A DNA stretch of 56,317 nucleotides, from positions 38,011-94,327 of the forward strand of contig CAZVPY010000001.1 of assembly GCA_964629135.1 (NCBI GenBank), given 5' to 3'. Shown one piece after another: positions 38,045 to 46,231 of this stretch. Position 1 is the first letter of the stretch. Each line of letters opens with the position of its first letter. The notes under the pieces are model-generated. The model saw only the letters and a list, made by a program, of their open reading frames with translations, searched no databases and was not told where the DNA came from. The stretch is from an uncultured Thermotogaceae bacterium. Lineage in GTDB: Bacteria > Thermotogota > Thermotogae > MWEM01. A program made the translations under genes and the position numbers.

Positions 38045-39571
38045 TTATGCGTAATGTCTTCTGTCAAATTCGTATAATGAAATACCTTTCTCTTTCACAT
38101 ATTCAATAATTGCTTTTTGGTCCATTTTGTTTTTAGGCTTGATGATACAAGCAATTTGCCATTCTTCATAAGCTTTTTTGATCGCATCAATTCCTGCATC
38201 AGAATCAAGTCCTAAAACGCCCCCTTTGATTTGCCTTGTTAACATCTTAAATCTTGATATCGCTACCTCTATTGCTTCTTCAGAATTAAGCATGCCACTT
38301 GAAACAGATACTATTCTTCCATCTTTTAACCTAACAACAGAGTTGGTCTCAAGAAAACGAATCATTTGCATTGCAAGAAGCAAATCATCTTTTAATTGAG
38401 AATCGTCTGATGCAGAATATCTCATCTCAATATTACCAAAATCTTCTAAACTGTCTTTTTGTTGAAGCAACACCTCATTTTCCAAAAACGTTCTTTGGGT
38501 TTTATCATAATCAAAGCTTTGACATTTAGCTAAAATCTTTATACCAGATGATTTAAGGAGTTCCTTGGCTTCTGCTGCAAAATCAGCGGCAACAACTGTC
38601 TTGATATTATTTCTAAGGATGAATTCAGCCGTTGATAATTGAATACTCTCTTTGCTGATCAATGCTGAATTACTGTTAGAGCGTTTTTGTAAATCCTTTT
38701 CAATCATTTGTAAATACACTTCATCATTTTCTTTTTGAGAAAAGAAAACGGGGGTAAGGTTGATGAGTATTGTAAATCCCCCTGATGACAAATTTTTCAT
38801 AAAACTGATCCCGTTAAAAATTTGACGATACAGTCTTAAGGTGAGATAATTCTTGGTTATAAACTCAACATGATCGTACAAAGAATCTTCTCCTGCAATT
38901 TTCATTAAAAAAGCATCCTGATGCGGGTTATCTCCGTATTTAAAGTCTTCAAGTCTTTCTAAGGTCAGATGTTGGTATTTCTCCTCTGCAAATAAAAAGG
39001 ATAAGGCTTCATGGATGCTCTCTTCATATTTCATGGTACTGTAAAACGCCTTTAAGGCATATTTTCTTCTTGACTGAAGGGGTACATCACCACAAAAATC
39101 AAAGCTATTGATCACCTTTTTGTAATCAGCAGGATCCACAATGGGAAGTACATCCCTGTAATTCTTAGCTGCTGAACGAATGATATTAATACCGCCTATA
39201 TCAATCTTGTCAATCAATTCAAACTCGTCAAAGGTTTCTTTTGAAAATTCCTTGAACGGACAAAGATTAACAACAATCATGTCTATATTGGGAATGTTTG
39301 CTTTTATCATCTGATCAAGATGTTCTGTTTTGGAACGGTCAGCAAGAATGCCACCGGCAATTCTTGGGCTGATAGTTTTAATTCTTCCATCAAACATTTC
39401 AACAATCCCAGTGTAATCTTCCACAGATTGAACCTTTATCCCATATTTCTTTAAATATTCATAAGTTCCTCCTGTTGATATGATATCCACACCGTTATTG
39501 TTTAAATAGGATGCAAGATGTTCAATTCCCGTTTTATCATAGACCGATATCAAGGCACGTTCAATATTCAT
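38045..39571 (-). CDS. PurH-like protein (IMP cyclohydrolase/MGS-like N-domain plus divergent AICAR-transformylase-like C-domain)
   Basis: The N-terminal domain is clearly PurH-like: ALISVYDKTG, STGGT, DGRIKTISPRIAGGIL, DMIVVNLCPF, IDIGGINIIRSAAKN. The C-terminal domain is colinear with PurH, but the conserved motifs are replaced (see findings). Confidence 0.72.
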   Translation of the reverse strand: MNIERALISVYDKTGIEHLASYLNNNGVDIISTGGTYEYLKKYGIKVQSVEDYTGIVEMFDGRIKTISPRIAGGILADRSKTEHLDQMIKANIPNIDMIVVNLCPFKEFSKETFDEFELIDKIDIGGINIIRSAAKNYRDVLPIVDPADYKKVINSFDFCGDVPLQSRRKYALKAFYSTMKYEESIHEALSFLFAEEKYQHLTLERLEDFKYGDNPHQDAFLMKIAGEDSLYDHVEFITKNYLTLRLYRQIFNGISFMKNLSSGGFTILINLTPVFFSQKENDEVYLQMIEKDLQKRSNSNSALISKESIQLSTAEFILRNNIKTVVAADFAAEAKELLKSSGIKILAKCQSFDYDKTQRTFLENEVLLQQKDSLEDFGNIEMRYSASDDSQLKDDLLLAMQMIRFLETNSVVRLKDGRIVSVSSGMLNSEEAIEVAISRFKMLTRQIKGGVLGLDSDAGIDAIKKAYEEWQIACIIKPKNKMDQKAIIEYVKEKGISLYEFDRRHYA

Positions 39572-39575
39572 TAGA

Positions 39576-40802
39576 TCACCAGCTTGATAGATATTTCTTT
39601 TGTTCCTCAGTCAATTCATCAATGGCAATCCCCATTGTTTTCAGTTTTATCACTGCTAATTCCTTGTCTATACTTTCAGGTACAGTCATTAAGTGATTTT
39701 CGAGTTTACCCTTGTTTTCCCACAGATATTTCAAACTCATCAATTGTACGCCAAAAGAGGTATCCATAATTTCAATTGGATGACCATCAGCTGCTGCCAA
39801 ATTAACGAGTCTTCCTTCGGCAATTACATAAATACTCTTTCCGTTTGGAAGCTTGTATCCCCTAACGTTAGGTCTTGCTTCCCATTGCTCAACACTAAAT
39901 TCACGAAGCTGCTTCATTGAAATTTCAACATCAAAATGCCCTGCGTTTGCCAATATGGCGCCTTCCTTCATCAAGGGGAAGTGCTCTTTAGTGATGACAT
40001 TGATGTCCCCGGTCAGCGTGGCAAAGATGTCTCCAAGAGGGGCAGCATTAATCATGCTCATGACTTCGAATCCATCCATAACTGCTTCGATTGATTTTAT
40101 GGGATCAACTTCTGTAACAATTACTTTTGCACCAAGTCCCTTGGCTCTTAAAGCAACCCCTCTACCGCACCAACCATAACCTGCTACAACAACTGTTTTA
40201 CCTGCAATTGATACGTTTGTACTTCGAATAATGCCATCCCAAGTGGATTGACCCGTCCCGTACCGATTGTCAAATAAATATTTCATCATACCATCATTTG
40301 CTGCGATTGCCGGTACTTTCAGTTTACCGGCTACATCAAGTGCTCTAAGTCTGTGAACACCTGTAGTAGTCTCTTCAGAGATTCCCTTGAGATTTTTCAG
40401 ATAATTGGTATATTCTGTATGTACAATAGTTGCCAAATCTCCACCGTCATCTAAAATCAAATCGGGTTCCAATTCCAAGACTTTATATAAGTTTTTCCTG
40501 AACGCTTCATCATCATTCGTGTGTTTGGCATGCACGGTTACACCGTAATGTTCTCTTAAGGCATCCGCTATATCATCTTGTGTGGATAAGGGGTTTGAAC
40601 CGGTTACCCAAACCTCGGCACCAAGGTCACCAATCAATCTCCCCAGATTAGCCGTTTTGGCTTCTAGATGACAACAAACAACCACTTTTGAACCCTTAAA
40701 AGGTTTTTCATCAATATATCTCTCTTTAATTGCTCGCAGGACATCCATGTATTGCCATGCCCATTCCATTTTCTTGACACCCAATTCAACACTTTTATTC
40801 AT
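39576..40802 (-). CDS. ahcY: adenosylhomocysteinase (S-adenosyl-L-homocysteine hydrolase family)
   Basis: It has CCHLEAKTANL, SNPLSTQDD, ISEETTTGVHRL, NDGMMKYLFDNRYGTGQS, the NAD site VVAGYGWCGRGVA and GHFDVEI. I chose the ATG at 40802 (MNKSVELG) because AGGAGAGGTG lies upstream. The track ORF is 25 codons longer and overlaps the upstream gene. Confidence 0.92.
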   Translation of the reverse strand: MNKSVELGVKKMEWAWQYMDVLRAIKERYIDEKPFKGSKVVVCCHLEAKTANLGRLIGDLGAEVWVTGSNPLSTQDDIADALREHYGVTVHAKHTNDDEAFRKNLYKVLELEPDLILDDGGDLATIVHTEYTNYLKNLKGISEETTTGVHRLRALDVAGKLKVPAIAANDGMMKYLFDNRYGTGQSTWDGIIRSTNVSIAGKTVVVAGYGWCGRGVALRAKGLGAKVIVTEVDPIKSIEAVMDGFEVMSMINAAPLGDIFATLTGDINVITKEHFPLMKEGAILANAGHFDVEISMKQLREFSVEQWEARPNVRGYKLPNGKSIYVIAEGRLVNLAAADGHPIEIMDTSFGVQLMSLKYLWENKGKLENHLMTVPESIDKELAVIKLKTMGIAIDELTEEQKKYLSSW

Positions 40803-40815
40803 TTCATCACCTCTC

Positions 40816-41283
40816 CTATTTTCTGTTCGCTTTGAAAGAACCAGATTTTGCAAAGGTACCACTACTGGAAGCAACACCTTGCATATTATTTGAATCTTTT
40901 AATGTGGCATCAAAGGATATGACGCCATTGTGGAATGATTTCCCTTGAAATTTTATCTCCCTTTCGTTTAAAACAGTTATGGGGTACTTTTCATCAGAAA
41001 AAGTCCCGTGCCACAAGACAACATAAGAACCGTTTTCAAGATGAATATCCATATCAAAACTTTCATCAAAGATACCAATCGTAAAAGAAATCGTCCAGGA
41101 ACCGGTAATATCATACATTAATCGTGGCTGAGGTGAAGGACTTGGTTGAGGTTGATTGAGCCATTCCCAAGTACCGTTGTTGTTGAGTACAACTCTTCTG
41201 CCATCGTCAGTTGTTGCCATTATTGCAGAAAAAATGACTGAAGCCATTACTACTAAAACCAATAAAATGATTCTTTTTTTCAT
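40816..41283 (-). CDS. small exported hypothetical protein (155 aa)
   Basis: I chose the ATG at 41283 (MKKRIILLVLVVMASVIFSA, a signal peptide) because GGAGGGTG sits 5 nt upstream. It has a PQPSPSPQP linker between a short DGRRVVLNNNGTWEW module and a beta-rich domain. Confidence 0.55.
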   Translation of the reverse strand: MKKRIILLVLVVMASVIFSAIMATTDDGRRVVLNNNGTWEWLNQPQPSPSPQPRLMYDITGSWTISFTIGIFDESFDMDIHLENGSYVVLWHGTFSDEKYPITVLNEREIKFQGKSFHNGVISFDATLKDSNNMQGVASSSGTFAKSGSFKANRK

Positions 41284-41315
41284 ACTGACACCCTCCAAAA
41301 ATAGTTGATAGGATA

Positions 41316-41342
41316 ATTCTAACATATGTTCTGTTCTGTCAA
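41316..41342 (-). promoter_or_regulatory. candidate sigma70 promoter upstream of the 155-aa gene / ahcY block
   Basis: The minus strand reads TTGACA (41342-41337), a 15-nt spacer ending in TGt, then TAGAAT (41321-41316). It lies in the 75-nt gap after the Hsp70-like gene. Confidence 0.4.
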
Positions 41343-41358
41343 AGTTACTAATAGTTTT

Positions 41359-43389
41359 CTAATCGTATACATCAACGATATTTGCGTAACTAATCTCCTG
41401 TATTTGCTCATCGATTAACCTCTCAAGCTTTTGATCACTTTCTCTTAATACCGATAAAAAGTTCTCATAAATCTTTTTCTCAGATTCCTTTAAATCCACT
41501 TTCAGTGTTGACTTAGCTTTTTTTATCAATCTTTTTCTTGAAACATAAAGCATCTTTACAACCCATTTAGGGATACGGATTTTTTTCGTTTTCTCTGCTA
41601 CTTGTTTTTTTAATCCCATGGCTGAAGCAACTGCTAAGACTACACCACCGATAAATCCACTTAACCACCCCAAAGGACCCGAAGCGAGTAAAGCAATACC
41701 TCCTCCCCCAAGAATTGCCCCAGATATTAAGCCAACGGCTACTGATGAAATCGCCGTTATCATGTTAAAGAATAGAAGATTTAATGGATTTATTTCACTA
41801 CCCGACTGAGTTAACTGATCGTAGGCAAAGTTGTTGTGATTTAAAAGTTCGTATTTAACCAAAGAACGGTTGAACCATCGGCTTAGTTCCTCTTTTGTTG
41901 ATTTTTCTATTTGATAATTGATCTCCTTAAGAAAACCATTGTTTAAACTGATTAATTCAGGTTGTCTTGCCAAAAAAGCACGTTTTAATCGATTTTCCAA
42001 TTCAACAATAGTTCCCCCTTCGTTCAGAAATTTCATGATGGCATTTTCAATTTCCGTAGAAAAGATTGAATAAATGGTTTGGGTATACTGAGTTAATGCG
42101 TCTTTAAAAAGTTTTCTATAGGATTCTTTTAATCTTTTTTCCAGTTCATCCTTATTTGCACTTAATTCAGCTCTGACTCTTTTTTCATATAGCTTTGCAG
42201 AATAAGATAATCCCAATCCTCTGCTAATTGTAGACTCCGGATCGGATGAAGCCAATATTCTTGTGTAAGGGAATTCTCGTTCTATCATATCCACAAAAAA
42301 TTTCCATCGGCTACTTCCACCGGTAAGAATGATCAAAGAAATAGAATCAGGTCTTATGTCATACTCTTTTTGGCCTCTCAGCACTTCAGAGGTGATAATA
42401 CTTGGTAAATCAATACATTCCTCAACTTCTAATTTTTTAGAATAAACTGACCCTTTTAAGTCGTGTTTTAGTTCATCGCTCATTTTGTAAGTAGTCATCT
42501 GCTCGTACAGGTAATCAAAATTTGGGATAGACAATGTGCCGTAGGAGTGCTGACCAAATACAATGTTTTCATTCATTTGATTATGCCGTGAAGTTGCATG
42601 GAGTACAGAGTATTTTTCTTTCAAATTTTTAAACAAAACGGTACGAAGATAACCACTCAAGCCTTCCTTTTCAACCAACGATTTTACGCCTTTATTCTGT
42701 CGGAGGAATAAATTGTAAAATAAATCATCAAATAACACACCACCAATAACAGGTGATCCCCATACTTTTTGGATTTTGAAGTTTTTTATATAAGCAAGGT
42801 CAAGGGTACCCCCACCGAAATCAATCACCAATACTCCACCTCGTCCATCTTCCTTGGTGATATCCTTTCTTACGATATGATAGTAAAGAGCTCCCAATGG
42901 CTCCTCAATCAAAACCGGCGTTTTGCCTATTAACTTAGAAAGTATTGCGATCATCTTTTCCGAATGCTTTTCATGTGTTTTAGAAGGCACACCACATACC
43001 ATTTCCGTGTTGTTGATAAAAGTTTTAATATCAAAAATCCGCTGTTTATCGAGATTAGTAAATAAAGCATTTAAAAACAATTCTGTCTCTGTCTCAGCCC
43101 TTTTATTAAAAGATAGCCGTTGTTTAAATCCCGTTCCCAATGTATATTTTCGTCTCTGAGATCGACTCATGGAATGCCATTCTTCAAGAGCCGGTTGGCC
43201 AAAACCCAATACTTCAAAATTTCTTTCGTCATATAAAATCACAGAAGGTACAGAGGCGTTGGATTCTATTTTGACATCATCAACAATAGGAACAGCTTCA
43301 GCCGCAGTGGAAATACTCATATGTGTATTTGAAGTTCCAAAATCAAGCCCAAATATATGTCTTATGTTTTGATCCAAATCATTTTTCAT
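41359..43389 (-). CDS. atypical Hsp70/actin-fold ATPase with C-terminal helical region and glycine-rich membrane hairpin
   Basis: It has IFGLDFGTSNT (phosphate-1), VLVIDFGGGTLDLAYI (phosphate-2) and LIILTGGSSRWKFF (adenosine motif). There is no DnaK-type substrate-binding domain. It has the hydrophobic Gly-rich stretch LLFFNMITAISSVAVGLISGAILGGGGIALLASGPLGWLSGFIGGVVLAVASAMGL. Its start overlaps the upstream stop (ATGA). Confidence 0.75.
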   Translation of the reverse strand: MKNDLDQNIRHIFGLDFGTSNTHMSISTAAEAVPIVDDVKIESNASVPSVILYDERNFEVLGFGQPALEEWHSMSRSQRRKYTLGTGFKQRLSFNKRAETETELFLNALFTNLDKQRIFDIKTFINNTEMVCGVPSKTHEKHSEKMIAILSKLIGKTPVLIEEPLGALYYHIVRKDITKEDGRGGVLVIDFGGGTLDLAYIKNFKIQKVWGSPVIGGVLFDDLFYNLFLRQNKGVKSLVEKEGLSGYLRTVLFKNLKEKYSVLHATSRHNQMNENIVFGQHSYGTLSIPNFDYLYEQMTTYKMSDELKHDLKGSVYSKKLEVEECIDLPSIITSEVLRGQKEYDIRPDSISLIILTGGSSRWKFFVDMIEREFPYTRILASSDPESTISRGLGLSYSAKLYEKRVRAELSANKDELEKRLKESYRKLFKDALTQYTQTIYSIFSTEIENAIMKFLNEGGTIVELENRLKRAFLARQPELISLNNGFLKEINYQIEKSTKEELSRWFNRSLVKYELLNHNNFAYDQLTQSGSEINPLNLLFFNMITAISSVAVGLISGAILGGGGIALLASGPLGWLSGFIGGVVLAVASAMGLKKQVAEKTKKIRIPKWVVKMLYVSRKRLIKKAKSTLKVDLKESEKKIYENFLSVLRESDQKLERLIDEQIQEISYANIVDVYD

Positions 43390-44483
43390 TTTTTTACCTT
43401 TTTGACCTTCCCTTTAAAAACACATCTTCCTTCTTCATCCACCCACGCATCATAAACCTGTTCAACCAAATCTCCTTCATTAATAATACCAAAACTGTCA
43501 AAATATTCAGTATCGGAAGGGGAATATTGAAAGGTGTGTTCTTTTTCTTTTTCATGAATCCCCATTGAATGCAAACTATTCAAGAAACTTGAAATCGATG
43601 ATAAAGCAGCTTCTTTATCTTCGTGGTTTTCTGCAAACTTCATTTGTTGAATAGAAGGCGTCAATTTTCTACTCTGTTGAATTGATATCCATGGAGTTTT
43701 ATCATTAACATGTTCTATACCATCTATAACGACTTTTTCAGGTAAAAACGCTATCATTTGTTGACTAAAAGCATGTACATCGTATAATAAAATAGCCAAC
43801 TGCGCTTCTAATACCTGTTTTGTTGCTTCAGCATCTACTACTCTTCTTGGTTTAAACAGATTAAGAATCCAAAAAGTCAAGACCGTAAGGAGAGCCAACC
43901 AAATCCATTGTATAAATGAAATCTTAGGTTTAAGTAAAAACTTATTTTTAAGTCCAGTAAAAACCGCTCCTATTGTAATAACAGCCAAACCCGTAATGGA
44001 AGACCACTTTATCATTTTTGTGATGAAAGGATGACGAATAGCCTTTGAAAATAAATAAACAAAAAGTGCTGCTCCAAAAGGCATACCTATTATCGGAGCG
44101 TATAAAGCATCTTTAAAAAAATCTCCCAAACTATAAAAAAAGATGATTCCAAAAAGAATTGCGCCAATAAATGCAGGAATTAAAAGTCTTTCATAAGCAG
44201 TAAATTCAACTTTCATTTTAGGAATATAAAATAAAGGTAATCCTTGCATTTTTTTATCGATTTGTGTGGTCAACGCATACCTTATTCGTTCTTTTGTCTC
44301 ATCATCAGATTTTTTTATCTCACTGTTGATCGTTTCGGGAATAAGCTTGTTATTGATCACTTTTTGGGTCTTTACTAATACCACAGAAGATAGATTATCC
44401 AAATGACTGAAATCAACATCTGATAGAATGGAAGCTTGACAGTCTTTTATAAGTTGACGTTCGACTTTGTCTTCAACCAACAT
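43386..44483 (-). CDS. four-helix membrane protein, partner of the Hsp70-like ATPase
   Basis: I chose the ATG at 44483 (MLVEDKVERQ) because AGAGGTG sits 7 nt upstream. It overlaps the 3' end of the phosphorylase gene by 11 nt. It has four hydrophobic helices (LLIPAFIGAILFGIIFFYSL, APIIGMPFGAALFVYLF, SSITGLAVITIGAVFTGL, FIQWIWLALLTVLTFWILNLF) flanked by soluble N- and C-terminal domains. I recognise no family. Confidence 0.6.
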   Translation of the reverse strand: MLVEDKVERQLIKDCQASILSDVDFSHLDNLSSVVLVKTQKVINNKLIPETINSEIKKSDDETKERIRYALTTQIDKKMQGLPLFYIPKMKVEFTAYERLLIPAFIGAILFGIIFFYSLGDFFKDALYAPIIGMPFGAALFVYLFSKAIRHPFITKMIKWSSITGLAVITIGAVFTGLKNKFLLKPKISFIQWIWLALLTVLTFWILNLFKPRRVVDAEATKQVLEAQLAILLYDVHAFSQQMIAFLPEKVVIDGIEHVNDKTPWISIQQSRKLTPSIQQMKFAENHEDKEAALSSISSFLNSLHSMGIHEKEKEHTFQYSPSDTEYFDSFGIINEGDLVEQVYDAWVDEEGRCVFKGKVKKVKK

Positions 44484-46182
44484 GAATAACACCTCTTTGG
44501 GGTTTAAGCCAATAAAAACTATAGGGTGCAAGTCTTAAGGTTTCACTAAAGTCATATCCTGTCAGTAAATCCTTGTAATGACCTTTCCCATTTATTTGTG
44601 AAAGATTAATAACTTGTGATTCCTCTGAAAGATTCACGATAACCAATAATTCTTCATCATCATAGCTTCTTTTAATAATAAACACTCTGGGATTTTCAAT
44701 TATACATTTTTGTTTAGCTTTGTAGGAAAGAGATTTTTGAGAAGCTCTTAATTCCAACATCTTTTTTAGGTTATTAAAAATCTGATGACGCTTGGACAAT
44801 TTGTTTGATAATGCTTGAGATATTGATTTAAAATCGATTTTTTCTCTGTTAATCGCCCGATTATGACCATTTTTTAGTATGCCCTCTTCCCAATTTTGTG
44901 AACCTAAAAGGCTGTGAATGTATATCCCCGGTATTCCTTTGAGAGAAATGGCTACTGCATATGCGCCTAAAAACTTTTTGATATTGTATTCCTCAGAATG
45001 AGAACAATCTGACAACGCGTCAAAATAATTAATATTCATTTCATAGGGGATCTCTGTTCCATCGGTATTTTGTTTATAGGATATTCTACCGTGATTTTTA
45101 AGACATTTTTGTACTAAGCTGTCAACTTCATCAGGTTTAATTAACCCCTTCAACGGCATCAACCCGATTCCATCATGTGAGGCTAAAAAATTAAAGTATG
45201 TCGCCTCTAAACCCGGGTCTTCAAGATTGGTTACCCATTGATTTAACTCATTGGAAGATTGCTGCAAATAAGCGTGTAGTATTAACGGTGGCAAAGAGAA
45301 GTTGTAAACCATATGTGCTTCATTTGTTCCATTCCCAAAATAGCTGATATTTTCAGAATGAGGGACATTCGTTTCAGTAATCAACAATGCGTTTTTATTT
45401 AAAGCATCCACAATGGACCGAAATAATCTAACAATTTCATGGGTTTGAGTCAAGTGAATACAGGATGTTGCCAATTCTTTCCAGAGATAACCAATGGCAT
45501 CCAACCTGATTAAGCTTGCCCCTTTTTCTATATAGAAAAGAAGTATATCAATAATTTTTAACAGGAGTTTTGGATTCTTATAATTTAAATCAATCTGATC
45601 TGAAGAAAATGTTGTCCATACCTTTTTTTTACCATTCTTTGTTTCAAAACTTGTTAATAAAGGGGTCGCTCTTGGTCTGGTAACTTGAGAAAGACCTTCT
45701 TCACTTTCTAATTCTATAAAAAAATCTTCATAATCCATTTTTGAATTTAAGAAGCCCTGAAACCAATCGCTTTTTTGTGAAATGTGGTTAATGACAGCAT
45801 CAAACATCAAATGATAATGTGCAGAAAGTTCTTCAACATCTTCCCAATTACCACACTGTGGATTGACCTTTTTATAATCAATAACGGAAAAACCATCATC
45901 GGATGAATAAGGGAAAAAAGGCAAGATATGAATGGTGTTAAATGCAGAACCGCAATATTTTAAGAGAAAATCCGTTAAAACACTCAAAGGGGAAGCTTCC
46001 CCTTTGAGTGTATCGGCATAAGTAATCAATATTCCATTGATATCTTCTAATTTTGTTCTATGACACTGTTTATGTTTTTTATTAAAGCAATCAATTTTTC
46101 TTATCACAACATCAAATAGTTCATCTACATCGTTGGGGTATACTTTTTTAAGACTCTTATAAATAGCCTCATCGTTATTCAT
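44473..46182 (-). CDS. GH13_18 sucrose-phosphorylase-family glycoside phosphorylase (YcjM-like length class; specificity unresolved)
   Basis: It has ILITYADTL, FNTIHILPFFPYSSDDGFSVIDY, the nucleophile segment IRLDAIGYLWKE, ITETNVPHSENISYFG and FLASHDGIGL. I chose the ATG at 46182 (MNNDEA), which has GGTGAT upstream. The track start is a GTG at 46194. Confidence 0.8.
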   Translation of the reverse strand: MNNDEAIYKSLKKVYPNDVDELFDVVIRKIDCFNKKHKQCHRTKLEDINGILITYADTLKGEASPLSVLTDFLLKYCGSAFNTIHILPFFPYSSDDGFSVIDYKKVNPQCGNWEDVEELSAHYHLMFDAVINHISQKSDWFQGFLNSKMDYEDFFIELESEEGLSQVTRPRATPLLTSFETKNGKKKVWTTFSSDQIDLNYKNPKLLLKIIDILLFYIEKGASLIRLDAIGYLWKELATSCIHLTQTHEIVRLFRSIVDALNKNALLITETNVPHSENISYFGNGTNEAHMVYNFSLPPLILHAYLQQSSNELNQWVTNLEDPGLEATYFNFLASHDGIGLMPLKGLIKPDEVDSLVQKCLKNHGRISYKQNTDGTEIPYEMNINYFDALSDCSHSEEYNIKKFLGAYAVAISLKGIPGIYIHSLLGSQNWEEGILKNGHNRAINREKIDFKSISQALSNKLSKRHQIFNNLKKMLELRASQKSLSYKAKQKCIIENPRVFIIKRSYDDEELLVIVNLSEESQVINLSQINGKGHYKDLLTGYDFSETLRLAPYSFYWLKPQRGVIHVG

Positions 46183-46231
46183 TTTTATCACCAACGAGAT
46201 TATAACAGAAATCTCTCGTTGTGAACAGGTA

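Noticed and set aside
39584-40179. Several plus-strand ORFs (61-108 aa) lie inside ahcY.
   Set aside because: They are antisense to a highly conserved enzyme gene and have no translation signals.
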